Shown piece by piece: positions 1-12,359 of a DNA stretch of 46,656 nucleotides. Position 1 is the first letter of the stretch. Every line of letters begins with the position of its first letter. The stretch covers positions 49,596,082 to 49,642,737 of the forward strand of contig NC_068997.1 in the NCBI RefSeq assembly GCF_001194135.2, read 5' to 3'. Source of the stretch: Octopus bimaculoides. Lineage: Eukaryota. The notes beneath the pieces are model-generated. The model saw only the letters and a list, made by a program, of their open reading frames with translations, did no database searches and was not told the origin of the DNA. The translations under genes were made by a program, and so were the position numbers.

Positions 1-48
<48 letters not shown>

Positions 49-134
49 AGAACTTATATATACGTACGTACAAATATTTACACACATGCATTCACATACA
101 CATACAGCGAGCGAGAGTGAGAAAGAGAGAACGA

Positions 135-226
135 GAACGGAAGTCTGTTAGTTTGTTTACTGCACACACGGTTTACTAAACATACCGCTTTTCGTTGAGG
201 GTGTAGAAATTCTATACATTCGCAAG
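135..226 (+). other. Possible non-coding 5' exon / promoter-proximal segment
   Basis: Unique sequence with ETS-like CGGAAGT (~138-144), no ATG, ending in AAG|GTAAAG at 226/227. Link to the VWA gene is unproven. Confidence 0.2.
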
Positions 227-421
227 GTAAAGTGATGCCTCTTAGGTTTCACTATCAGCCCAGTCAGTCTTTTATTTCCACCCAACTAGATTCGATTGCA
301 TATATAAGCATATACACTTGCGTTTCTATTTTTACATACACGCACACACATATACATATATAATACGTTTATATATACATATATGTGTCTATGTGTGTGT
401 GTATGTATATATATATATACA

Positions 422-695
422 TGGACCGGGCCGTATGTTGTGTTCTTGAGCAAGACACTTTATTTCACGTTGTTCCAGTTCACTCAAGCTTTAGAAATAA
501 GTTGCGACATCACTGGTGACAAGCTGTATCGGCCCCTTTGCCTTTCCCTTGGATAACATCGGTCCCATGGAAAGAGGAGGCTGGTATGAATGGGTGACTA
601 CTGGTCTTCTATAAACCTTGCCCGGACTTGTGCCTCGGAGGGGAACTTTCTAAGTTCAATCCCATGGTCATTCATGACCGAAAGGGGTTTTTACC

Positions 696-700
<5 letters not shown>
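422..700 (+). mobile_element. tRNA-derived SINE family B, head truncated
   Basis: TGTTCTTGAGCAAGACACTTTATTTCACGTTG body is shared with copies at 21857 and 46196-46656. Confidence 0.75.
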
Positions 701-731
<31 letters not shown>

Positions 732-1592
732 GTCTGCATGTGTGTTTATGTGAATTTTTATGCATACACATACGCATACACACACAATAAATATATATAT
801 ATATATANNNNNNNNNNNNNNNNNNNNNNNNNNNNNNNNNNNNTATATAGGTAAATGATAGGGTTGCCTCAATCCTTCAGGGGTAGTCTGAAGCATCCAA
901 GCAACCAGGGGATGTTTAAATCCGGAGGCACTCCTGGGGATCACCTGTACGGGTACCGTCTTGGGTAGAGGGCATCCAGAGCCAGGTAATTTATTGTTTA
1001 AACCGTAGTTTATAATTATATTTATGTGGAGAACGGAGCAACAAATACAAGAAGAAGCAATTCTGTTGGGCTAGTTAGCCGTTGTTTTATTGTGTGGAGG
1101 TTATGTAATGAGTCATTGCTCCGTTCTCCACATAAATATATATATATATATATATACATACATATATACACACAGTTAAACATCGACGCACCTAAAATAT
1201 ATACATACATTCATATATGTGAACATATTTGCATATATATTCCTTGTTTTCATGATTGTTCTGTTGGCGTATGTTTTATTCTAAATATCATCTCCGTGAC
1301 GATATATCCTCACCACCTTAACCATCATCACCGTTGCCATCATCACCAACATGGCCATCGGCACCCTCAATGTCACCATTACCACCGCCGCCACCATCAC
1401 CAACAGCATCATCGTCACCCACACCACTATCTCCTCATCCTATTCCTCCCATCTCGTATGACCAAAATGGAGACCAGCGAAACAAAAACCATCTTTGTAT
1501 TTGTATCAACGCCAGTGAGTTGTGCAGTAATAGTGAGATGGTTATATGATACGCTGATTCAGTTACTATCTTGCTACACACCCTTGCAAACC

Positions 1593-1830
1593 AACAACAC
1601 TGGAGCTCTGGCCACTGACGGGGCCTTTTAACGTAGATGTTCGACCCGCTAGAAATAGCAGGCAAATTTCTGCCACATGATGCAGTTATTTAGTAATTAT
1701 CCTTCGTGAACCTTTGGAGACAGCTTCATTAACAACACTGGGGCTCCCAGCTATCGACAGAACCTGTATATGGCTGCTCGGCCCGTTAGAAATAGTAGTG
1801 AAGTTTCTCTCACATCAAACGTACCGTTTT
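1593..1830 (+). repeat. Two tandem fragments (period ~138 bp) of an old interspersed repeat
   Basis: AACAACACTGG at 1593 and 1731, each followed by a TAGAAATAG(C/T)AG block also seen at 23829 and 24740. Confidence 0.6.
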
Positions 1831-2049
1831 TAAAATAAAAGAAATATATATATATATTATATGAAGCAATCTCCACCTTAGCCTATGTTTAGAGGGGAAA
1901 ACACGACGGGATGGTCACCTTTGAAATACCTTTGATCACTAGAGTGCTAAATTAGGTTTAATCTGTGGCTGAATGAGGATACTGTTAGTAAAAATGATCC
2001 TTTGAGATCGATGAATTAACAAGGATGGTTATTGCAAACAATATCCATG

Positions 2050-2165
2050 GGGAAGAATCGTTACCGCGTCGAATCGTTAAGGCGCCGGAAGAAATGCTGC
2101 TAAGCATTTCATCCGATTTAACGTTCTGAGCTCAAATATTGCCGGGTCGACTTCTCCTTTCATAA
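2050..2165 (+). mobile_element. SINE family A, degenerate 5' part
   Basis: GAATCGTTA..GCCGGAAGAAATGC..ACGTTCTGAGCTCAAAT..GTCGACTT..CCTTTCAT matches other family A copies. Confidence 0.65.
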
Positions 2166-2707
2166 TTTCGCACGCACACATACATTCGACAGAATGAATT
2201 AACCGAACTGTAACAACACACTGTTTAGTGTTATAGAGTGCAGGTAAGATCTACTTGTATTACCTGGGTAGATTTCCACCCCGAATTAAACAATACTTCT
2301 CTATATCAAGGTGTTGATTTTCACTGCCTGGGTCACCATTGGCTTCTGTTCAATGTGCATGTGTGTATATATATATGTGTGTGTGTGTGTGCATGTGTCT
2401 TGATGTGTACGTATGAGTGTAAGCGTGCATGGGTGCACCAGTGTGGGTGTGAGTATGTATACGTATTAATGTATGCGTGTGAACAAGCGTGTGTGGGTGT
2501 TGCTTTTCTTTAGACCTCAAATAAGCCATGATTATTCAGGTCTTAGCTATGATTACGGACCTTCCAACCATGACCTTCCCCGTCTTATTTGTGATATATC
2601 TATGATTATATCATCAAATGTGTTCTATTTTTATATTTTTTAAAGGTGTAAAAGTGGGGTTTAAAGAAGGTTTTTGGCAGATGATTCTAAATCGCGTAAA
2701 CATAAAC

Positions 2708-3025
2708 TAGTGGTTCTCAAATGGGGTCCATATGGCTTTTAAGGGGTTCATATGAGTCTTAGGGGTCTATATGACCCTTAGGGGGTCCATATGGCCCTTG
2801 GGCGGAAGCACAGAATTTTGTTGCTAAAATTTGTGCAATAAACGGGTGGTGTTTCTACAACATACAAAATACTTTAACATTTTTTTTTAATATAATTCCA
2901 AATATTTTAATTATAAAAATGTGGTAGGAGTTTTTTAGACATCGAATGGTTGTGAGGGTCCACCCGATTAAAATAGGAATAAAACGCGTCCATAGGTGAA
3001 TAAAAATATGTTTGAAGAACCGCTA
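2708..3025. mobile_element. hAT-like MITE with internal 4x ~19-20 bp repeat
   Basis: TAGTGGTTCTCAA (2708) and TTGAAGAACCGCTA (3012-3025) are imperfect TIRs of the CAGTGGTTCTCAA type. No clear TSD. Confidence 0.6.
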
Positions 3026-4382
3026 ATACAGAGAGTTCCTTGTCAGTTTTGCGTAAAGATGTTTGACGTGAATCTACAAAGGAAAAGAAGGAAATTATGG
3101 ATGCAGCGAGAGACAAACAGACAGACAGAAAGACAGGGATGAAAGGAAAGAAGGAAGAAAGCAAAGGAAAGACTACAAAGGAGTTGCATGTTTTGTTGCC
3201 TCCGTCATCCTCTCAACCCCCCCTCCCTGCCCCANNNNNNNNNNNNNNNNNNNTACGCCTCGTTGACATTTAACTTAGTTGACTAATTCTTGAGTCGCTT
3301 GTTGGATGCACACACCCTCACCATTCCCCCTGCCGTAAGAAATTGTCATGGAGTGGGGCAGGGTAGGGCAGGGTAAGATAGGTGTGGTGGGGAGGAATCC
3401 TCACACCACACCTCTGTCCACGGCACACACTCCTTCCCTCCCATTTACGGCGCCATTCATAAGTTTGGAGTGAAAATGTATACATATATCGGAAGACAAT
3501 AAATTAGTTTCACTAGGGAACAAAATAATTGTCATACACAGATAGATAGATAGATAGATAGATATAGAGAGATAGATAGATAGATAGATAGATAGAGAGA
3601 TAGATAGAGAGATAGATAGATAGATAGATAGATAGATATAGATATAGATATATATATATATATATACAGAGAGAGAGAGAGAGAGGGAGAAAGATAAGCA
3701 CAGGCCTATTCATTTGGTTACTCTGTAACCGTTTAGATTTTAGTGCCGGGTCCAACCCCATTAAACGGGATACTTTATATTTGAGGGAGATTTACTTTTA
3801 TTTTTAGCATATCGTTAAACCAAGTAGTGATTTTCCCTCGTAGCTCAAACCCAGTTCTGTTATCGATCTTTGAAAGGTGAAAGATATGGAGGATAGTGGA
3901 CTGGATGGGATTTGAAATTCGGAATGCAAAGGGACGTAACTGAGAACTACACCCACCACCCACCATTAAACTACTGGATGCTAGGTTTAACCTATTTGTC
4001 TATCTGTTTAACCTCGTGGGTATTTTGGTATTTCTACCGACGGAGTCCACTTTGTTGCAAGCCTTCTGAGAACTGGTCCAGCAATAACTTTTTCCTTTCT
4101 TACCCTCACTTGTTAGGGAAGATCTGAAAAAGGGACCAAGAGCGTTGTCCCGACAGAGCAATTTAAATATATATATATATATATATATATAAGATTATTT
4201 AAATTGCATCAGCCTCCATATGTAAGAAGCTTTTATATAATTTATGTTAATCCGATAATCTAACCCTATTATATATCAAACTCTGGAATGTTCCTCCAGG
4301 AGTTTCTTTAATGTTGCACTAATGTCTGTGTTTGTAAAGAAACAAGTGTTTAATCTATATACACACCTATGCTAAGATGACG

Positions 4383-5060
4383 AAACGAGGTGACCTGTTC
4401 TTACCGTAGGCCAGATCTTTCCTAACTGTGTCGGCAATAATCTCTAGGTGTGTCGTGCAATTAAGTAAAATCTAATTAAATTTCTTTTTAAAATGTGGCT
4501 ATGAAATATATTTGAGATTAAAAAACAAAACCTTTATATACAATTAGACACGTGACTAAAAACAGATGATGAAATATTTAATCGCTAAAAGAATGCCTAA
4601 TGAATGTCGCGAAAACTTTTATTTTTAAAAAGTGTGTCGCCAATATAAAAATGCTGGAAAGCTCTGCTCTAGGCTATGTAATATATCTCGCTAAGTGTTT
4701 AATATATGTACGCAGCTATGTTAAGAGGTAAAAACGAGGTGACCCGTTGTAACCGTAGGCCAGAGCTTGCCACACTGTGTCAGCGATAATCTGTAGGTGT
4801 GTTACACAATTAAGTCAAAAATAATCATTTTTTTTTTCTTTTACGAATATGTGGCTGTGAAATATACTTGAAATCTGACAAACTCTGTGTGCAATTAGAC
4901 ACGTGACTGAAAGGAGTTGATATGATATTTAATCGTTAGCGAAACTTAATTTATGTGCCACGAAAATTTTTATTTTTAAAAAGTGTGTCGGTTACCAATG
5001 TGAAAAATCTTGGGAAGCTCTGCTCTAGGCTACATGATATATTGCGGGAAGTATTTTTTA
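4383..5060. repeat. Diverged tandem duplication, unit ~349 bp
   Basis: AAACGAGGTGACC at 4383 and 4732; exact shared blocks CAATTAGACACGTGACT, TTTTATTTTTAAAAAGTGTGTCG and AAGCTCTGCTCTAGGCTA. Confidence 0.9.
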
Positions 5061-5141
5061 ATTGCGCGTCTGAAGGTTTAAAAGTTTTATATTCGCAAAT
5101 GGGATATGGTGTTTAACTGTCTTATATCAATGTTATTCATA

Positions 5142-5230
5142 GCAAGGGAAGAGGGATAACTTAAAGAGAGAGGGATAACGCAAAGAGAGAGGGATAACGC
5201 AAGGGGAGAGGGATAACGTAAAGGGGAGGA
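5142..5230. repeat. 19-bp minisatellite, ~4.5 units
   Basis: Unit GCAAAGAGAGAGGGATAAC with variants. Confidence 0.9.
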
Positions 5231-5417
5231 TCTCACTGGATTCTTTGGGGTGGGCTGTTAAGTTTGAACGGGGGCAGATACATTGCTGTATTTAATAAAA
5301 ATTATGAGGGTCTTTAAACTGTTTAGGCCTTTGCTAACTCCATGACGAAAAAAAATCATATGGTTGTGTGTATGTGTGTGTGTGTATATGTATGTATGTA
5401 TGTATGTATGTATACAC

Positions 5418-5776
5418 ATTCTGGTGTCGCGACTATAACTGTTCATGGCTTTGGCATGACTTGTTAAGCTTTCTCCATTCTGTTCGGTTTATTACCTTCA
5501 GGTCCTTTTCACTTCATATTCTTTTTGCAGCGTCTTCGAATCTCAATCTAGGTTTTCCGCGGTTATTTTACTCTTGCATATTTAAGAATAAGGGAGTTGT
5601 CTGGGGAGTCTTCTGTTGTTTATCCTGTGTACGTGACCCAAGCAACGTTAATTTCTATCAACGAAGATTTCCATCATAGAAAGCAGTCCAGCACGCCGGA
5701 GATTCTCATTTCTCATCTTGTCACACAGAGGGATATTCACAAAGATATTTTTCACCTCAAAAGACAAAACTACACC
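5418..5776 (-). mobile_element. RTE-clade LINE, decayed ORF C-terminus and 3' end
   Basis: Minus-strand translation DKMRNENLRRAGLLS...CLGHVHRINNRRLPRQLPYS*...RGKPRLRFED, with stops and frameshifts, matches the RTE post-RT region. Confidence 0.85.
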
Positions 5777-5778
5777 TA

Positions 5779-6200
5779 AAATTCAGGCTAGTAAATTGTT
5801 ATGTTACGCCAGTTGTCACCTACAAGGCAGAAACTTGGTCTATGTATGCAATAACAGATATGAAGACAGAAGCTTTTGAAATACTGATCTTCCGTAGATT
5901 TAGCAGATTAAGATGGTAAAATAGAATAACGAATGCTGCAGTACTAGAAAAGCTGCAAGTCTAAGACATCTATTGTCGAGAATCAATCTCACAAAATTAG
6001 TATATTTTGGACATACAATGCGCTACAAGTCATTGTTCCGAGACCATTCTCACAGGAAGTGTAGAAAGGAAGAAAGGAAAATGTCGTAAAAGACGTTTGG
6101 GAACAGACATCATCTGAGAATGAACTGGAAACATCAGATTGTTTTTCATACTGCATAATGCAGAGGGAAGTGGGGGAGTTTAACAAACGAACTCCTGGAA
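5779..6200 (+). mobile_element. Second RTE-type LINE (different lineage), decayed C-terminus
   Basis: CYVTPVVTYKAETWS...EAFEILIFRRFSRLRW*NRITNAAVLEKL...LVYFGHTMR...ILTGSVERKKGK follows the RTE pattern Y.ETW..EAFE..RR..W..N..VL..YFGH. Confidence 0.85.
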
Positions 6201-6780
6201 ACAGAGAATGACTGACTGTGAATGAATATCGCAAAGGCATAACGTGGTACCCGATAATACGACGGGTCGAGATGCCGGTGCCTTTGGCTGTCCCAGATTG
6301 GTAACAATGACGTCGCTGAGGTTCGAAATTGGAATACAAAAGGGTGTATGAAAATACTACAATAAATGCTTTTTTAATTTTTGTTTTTTCACCCTGACGT
6401 ACCATTAAAAACAAAAAACTAAAAACAACACAAAACCAAGCATAAAACCAGTTTGAAAAGTTGTGTAACATGAGAGTTAAAAAACAAAAAATACAGATTA
6501 CAGCTAAATTGCTTCATAATTGCTTCAAGGGGTGTTGAATTCTTTCAGTCGTAATGTTTGGACGTGTACGGACGTATATGTGCGGTGATGGGGAATGAGC
6601 GCATGTGTGTGTTTGCGCGCGGTGTATATATACTCTTTTCAATATGTGTGTGTGTGTGTATAATATTGTGATAGGGAGTGTGTGTATGTATAGTGGAGTA
6701 AGTGAGCGTGTATACGTATACGATAGGCTATGTATACGTTTATACATACCATATATATATATATATATATGTATATACAT

Positions 6781-6820
<40 letters not shown>

Positions 6821-6871
6821 TATATATATGTATGTATATATATATATATATATATTTATGTATATGTATAC

Positions 6872-6915
<44 letters not shown>

Positions 6916-6978
6916 GGCATTAATGTGGTAATCAGAAGTGAGGGTGTATATAGGTATATCAACGATTAGGGAGTGAGT

Positions 6979-7022
<44 letters not shown>

Positions 7023-7349
7023 TCTTTTATTTGTCTTAGTCATTTGACTGCGGCCATACATATATAGGTGTGTGTATGTATACACGTGCGTTTATGGGGA
7101 AGGCTGGAGGTGTGTTAAGTGTGAACGGATTAGGGGGTCAAGTTTTCAATTTTGTTTTTTATTTGTATTATTTATTTATTTACTCTATTCCTAAGCATTA
7201 GGTCTATAAAAATGCACCCACGAAAGAGAACAAACAGAGGTAGGGTGCATGTTGTTTTGATAACTGCCTCACCTACCCCCCACCTCGATTTGTTTGCCCT
7301 CCCCACCTCCGGCAACCCTCAACCCAGTATGATCACTGTCACAGCTAGC

Positions 7350-7440
7350 TTCACAACCTGCTGCTGCTGCTATTACTACTACTACTACTACTACTACTAC
7401 TACATCACTCACCACCACAACCACTATCACTACCACCACC

Positions 7441-7471
<31 letters not shown>

Positions 7472-7622
7472 TTACTACTACTACTGCTGCTGCTGCAGCA
7501 GTAACAACCACCAAACACATTTAGTGTTATCAACACTACTACCACTATCACTACTATACTACTACTACTACTACTTCTACTACTACTGCTGCTGCTACTG
7601 CAACTACTACTGCTACCACTAT

Positions 7623-7655
<33 letters not shown>

Positions 7656-7930
7656 ATTAATCACTACCACAACCATTATCAATATCTCCACTACTACAAC
7701 AACTACTAGTGATGCTGCTGCAACTACTACTGCAACCACCACCACCACTACCCTACTACATTAATCACCACCACAACCACCACTACTACTACTACTACTA
7801 CTACAAATTTCACCACCACAACCTTTACTACCACTACTACTGCTTCTGATACTACTACTACGACTACTATTACAATCCTCTACTCCGATGTTATTACTCC
7901 TCTTATTGATACCATCATCACCACCGCTCC
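7350..7930. repeat. Degenerate (ACT/ACC/GCT)n low-complexity tract
   Basis: Trinucleotide mosaic; source of the poly-Y and poly-V ORFs. Confidence 0.9.
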
Positions 7931-7934
7931 GAGT

Positions 7935-8070
7935 TCGACTAAAAGGCGGTGCTCCAGCATGGCCGTAGTCAAATTACTGAAGCAAGTAAAGAAATCTCTC
8001 TCCCTATAGTAATTATAAATATATGGCGGTGCATCAGCATGGCCGCAGCTCTAAGCTGAAACTATAAACA
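7935..8070 (+). mobile_element. Two tandem 3' tails of SINE family C / partner LINE
   Basis: GGCGGTGCTCCAGCATGGCCGTAGTCAAAT and GGCGGTGCATCAGCATGGCCGCAG. The same tail occurs at 7030 (-), 8713 (+), 8827 (-) and 39554 (-). Confidence 0.7.
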
Positions 8071-8310
8071 AGAAAAAAAAAATATGATATTTGATATTTA
8101 AACAGCGTAAAATAAAAAATAAAAAAGGTCCGTAGATGAAGGAAATGGTCAAGAAACACTGATCTAAAGCATCAACCTTTTCCCTGTTATTTTCCTGTGA
8201 ATCTTCTTTATGTCCACGAGACAATTCGCTGGTTATTTAGCGCTAGCAGGATAGGTCATGTTACAATTATCAAGCGGAGCAAAACCAACCGGTGTCCACA
8301 CAGTTTTTGG

Positions 8311-8449
8311 TCTACCGATTTCACTCATTAGGTATTCATTGAATGGTGGTTATGGTAGTAAACACTTGCCCAAGGCATGACACCCTGGGACTAAACCTGA
8401 AATTGCTTGGCTGCAAAGCGAGCCCCTTAACCAAATAGCCATCATGCCT
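8311..8449 (-). mobile_element. SINE family C, degenerate head and core
   Basis: ACACTTGCCCAAGG...GGGACTAAACC matches the 19047 copy. Confidence 0.6.
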
Positions 8450-8712
8450 ATGCTCTTTTAGGTGTTGGATTAACGAATAATGCCTGGTGTAAAAGTACAT
8501 ATGTAACCACTCATGACACGTGTCTACGCATGTTCACTTTTCGTGCGAAAAGAAGTGTTGTACATGACTCCACAGTTTCGAGGCAGATATCAAAATATCT
8601 GTTGACATCTTATGTACAAGTTATACACGCTGTCTATGTATACATACACATAGAGGCGCCCGTGTATAGTTCTACTCGCACGCAACTGATCTCAATTGCA
8701 CCCATAGGCACA

Positions 8713-8771
8713 CAGCATGGCCGCAGTCAAATGACTGGAACACGTAAAAGAATATATATGTGTGTGTATAA

Positions 8772-8810
<39 letters not shown>

Positions 8811-8914
8811 CTATTTTAGTCTTATTGTTTCAGACATTTGACTGCGGCCATGCTGGAGCACCGCCTTTAGTTGAACAAATCGACACCCGGGACTCATTCT
8901 TTGGAAGCCTAATA
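8713..8914. mobile_element. Tail-to-tail pair of family C 3' ends around (TG)n
   Basis: 8713-8741 (+) and 8827-8855 (-) are reverse complements at 27 of 29 positions. Confidence 0.8.
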
Positions 8915-9708
8915 NNNNNNNNNNNNNNNNNNNNNNNNNNNNNNNNNNNNNNNNNNNNNNNNNNNNNNNNNNNNNNNNNNNNNNNNNNNNNNNNNNNNNN
9001 NNNNNNNNNNNNNNNNNNNNNNNNNNNNNNNNNNNNNNNNNNNNNNNNNNNNNNNNNNNNNNNNNNNNNNNNNNNNNNNNNNNNNNNNNNNNNNNNNNNN
9101 NNNNNNNNNNNNNNNNNNNNNNNNNNNNNNNNNNNNNNNNNNNNNNNNNNNNNNNNNNNNNNNNNNNNNNNNNNNNNNNNNNNNNNNNNNNNNNNNNNNN
9201 NNNNNNNNNNNNNNNNNNNNNNNNNNNNNNNNNNNNNNNNNNNNNNNNNNNNNNNNNNNNNNNNNNNNNNNNNNNNNNNNNNNNNNNNNNNNNNNNNNNN
9301 NNNNNNNNNNNNNNNNNNNNNNNNNNNNNNNNNNNNNNNNNNNNNNNNNNNNNNNNNNNNNNNNNNNNNNNNNNNNNNNNNNNNNNNNNNNNNNNNNNNN
9401 NNNNNNNNNNNNNNNNNNNNNNNNNNNNNNNNNNNNNNNNNNNNNNNNNNNNNNNNNNNNNNNNNNNNNNNNNNNNNNNNNATATAAATATACACATACG
9501 CAAATGTATTTAAACACACTCACACACACATATGTATGTCTATATACATACGTATGTATATATATATATATATATGCATACATATGTGAATGAGCACACC
9601 CGTCTATATATAAATATATAAACGTAAATACTTGTGTGTGTGTTTGTATGTGTGCGGTGTACGTTTGTAAACATACAAAATATATATTTGTAAATACATT
9701 TGTACTTG

Positions 9709-9766
<58 letters not shown>

Positions 9767-10178
9767 CGCCTACCTGCATCTGTGCATATATTCGTCGACC
9801 GTTGTATGTAGGAGACGGTGTTGTGTAGGAACTAAGGCGTGGGTGTGGTGGTGTATACTTACCACTTATCGTAGTGTATTTTCTCAAGAGAACAATACCG
9901 CGATGAATCAATAGACAAATACATGGAACTGCCATGGCTAAACCAACAATTACTTCCATAACAACAACGGCGTCTGCGACTCTGTCTGCAGGAACAGCAA
10001 CAACAATGCCAATTATGATCACCTGTAACATCTGTGATAATAAATAGAGGCGGAATGCAGATCAAAGGAAAATTACTACGTCGACGATATTAGCGTTGAT
10101 AATGATGACTGCACCACCATCAACACCAACAACAACAACAGCAAGAATAAAAACAACTACGAAACCAGAAACAAGTAT

Positions 10179-10550
10179 AACGGTATTATGTTTACAATTC
10201 ACCCAGGACTAGGTCCCCGTGCAATGCGTCCTCTACAAAAATGAAGATCACATCGCATAAGAACATTGCGACACAATTTTTTCACTGCAAATGGTCCTGC
10301 ACTTTTGAATGTAATCTCGAAAGAAATTAAGGTAGAAAAAGACCCCACAACCTTTCAAACGGTACCTGGATAAATTCCTTCAGGAAATACCGGATAAACC
10401 ACCTATACCTGGATACGTCTCAACCAACAACTCTCTTCTTGAGTGGTCCATGGTGTCCCGAAATAATTAATTAATAGATTCTTCCAGGTGGTGATATTGA
10501 GTTGGTCATGGCCTGGGCCGATAAAGGCCGAAACCAATCTAAGTTAAGTT
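10179..10550 (+). mobile_element. L2/CR1-group LINE 3' end, decayed
   Basis: GPRAMRP..*RSHRIRTLRHNFFTANGPALLN...(frameshift) KRYLDKFLQEIPDKPPIPGYVSTNNSLLEW, followed by a short 3' UTR ending in (AAGTT)n. Confidence 0.8.
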
Positions 10551-10765
10551 AACAAGCAATAGCAATAGCGAAAATTGGGAATAATTATAACAAAACAAAA
10601 TAATAAATAGCAGCAACAGAAACAAAAAAAAAATGTTGGCAACTTCACAATAATATAAGTCAACAAACTTAGAAACAGCTGTTATGAGAAAAGTAGCAAC
10701 AAGCCAGAAACTATAAACAAAATGAGCAACAATAAAATAGTTAGCAACAGCAGATGTCAAGAATG

Positions 10766-10888
10766 ATCCTTTCTACTCTAGGCACAAGGCCTGAAATTTG
10801 GGGGAGAGGGACTAGTCGATTACATTGATCCCAGTACGCAACTGGTACTTAATTTATCGACCCTGAAAGGACGAAAGGCAAAGTCGAC
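10766..10888 (-). mobile_element. SINE family A, 3' half
   Basis: TTTCTACTCTAGGCACAAGGCCTGAAAT..AGTCGAT..CCCAGTACGCAACTGGTACTTAATTTATCGACCC..AAAGGCAAAGTCGAC. Confidence 0.85.
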
Positions 10889-11867
10889 AGCCATAAAAAA
10901 ATTTACAATAAATTAGCAAAGACAAAATGATCATCGTTGGCAACGATAAAGTCAGGAAAATTTATAATAAAATCAGCAACAATAACACCAACAAAAAATC
11001 AACATCACCATAGCAATGAGATCGACGAAATTAGCAACGACTGACAAAGCAACTTTTCATGCAACAATGACAACTTGTTTAGCAACAACAAGCATAATTG
11101 CTTATTTCAGTTGATAGATGGCGTTGCGATGCAGCGCGATAAAAAAAAATGAAGAAGCGATAGAGGAAAGAAAGAGAGAAGGAGAGTGAGTGAGAAAGAG
11201 AGAAGGAGTGTGAGAGAGAGAGAAGGAGAGTGAGAGAAGGAGAGTGAGAGAGAGAGTGAGAGAGAGAGAGAGATTGTGAGATGTGGGAGGGAACGGTGGT
11301 GTGAGAGAGTGACGGAGGCGGCGATGGCGGTGCAGAGTTGCGGAGGGGAACGGGTGGATGGTGGAAGACGGGTGACAGTGACACCCTGAATTGAGAAAGT
11401 CCCCTCCACCTCACCTCACCTCACCTCACCTTACTCCTTCCTCCCCCCTCCTCTTGCATAAAAGGACACCATTGTAACAACAGGTGTACATAGTGTTAGG
11501 TAAACAAAGAGTGATGGGGTGAGGAGAGAAAATAGGTAGTGTTGATGGTAGTGGTGGTACTAGTAGTGGTGGTAGTAGTAGTAGTAATGGTGGTGGTGAT
11601 GTTGGCGGTAGTAGTAGTGGTGATGGTGGTGGTGGTGGTGAGAGGAAAGCGTCGTCAGGGCCGGTAGCGATATTTGTATTGTTTTTAGCCTTGAATTAGA
11701 CGGAATTTTTAAAACAAAAAGAACTCTATGATCAAAGACGTTCCAATCGTGACTATACCAACATTTTTGGGGGGTTGGGGGACAGTCTATCCAGTTTGAG
11801 TCCTTCATATTTGACAGATTTTAGCTGCTGTTTCTAGCAAATCGCGCGACCACATAAGATACTCTCT

Positions 11868-11912
<45 letters not shown>

Positions 11913-11965
11913 TAATTTAGTTGACGGACCACCAGGGGTCGTTGACCACCAAGTTGGGAAGCACT

Positions 11966-12078
11966 GGCTTAGTGGATACGAAGCTAGTATCACAACCTAA
12001 CCACATGGTTCCGGGTTCGATTACTCTTCGCGACACCTTGAAAATGTATCTTCTTTTACAGCTTCGGATTAATCAAGT
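11966..12078 (+). mobile_element. SINE family C, degenerate head
   Basis: A-box-like GGCTTAGTGG and AACCACATGGTTCCGGGTTCGATT (B box), as in the 19047 copy. Confidence 0.6.
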
Positions 12079-12359
12079 ATATTCTCATTTGATATTAGAG
12101 AGATCGTACCTGTTTACTGGTGTTAAACGAAGTTTTCAACTACGCTGGAATTTATTGTGGATACGACTATTAAATTCCTTTCAAATCATGTCTTGAATTC
12201 TTCAAAGTGTGATTTGAAAAAAAAAACTTTCTTAAGCGAACGAGAGCCTCGTTGTGAAATTGAACGCAGGACGTCGTGATTACGAGGCGAACTTCTCTTA
12301 GCTTTTCGGCTATTTTACACATAAATGCAGAAATGCACGTTGCGTATAATATCATAGGT

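Noticed and set aside
845-1000. GC-richer island with a 90-aa minus ORF
   Set aside because: No recognisable motif in any frame and the ORF runs into a gap; probably an unclassified repeat fragment.
4560-4700. Box C/D snoRNA within the 349-bp repeat (ATGATGA at 4566)
   Set aside because: The C box is not kept in copy 2 and no suitably placed D box or terminal stem is seen.
6514-6969. YI/CV/HT/LS dipeptide ORFs here and throughout the window
   Set aside because: Translations of (TA)n, (TG)n, (CA)n and (TC)n microsatellites.
8762-9583. Long ORFs of 224-241 aa (also 15554-16804, 21820-22266, 34153-34503, 36249-36696)
   Set aside because: They are open only because they cross N gaps.
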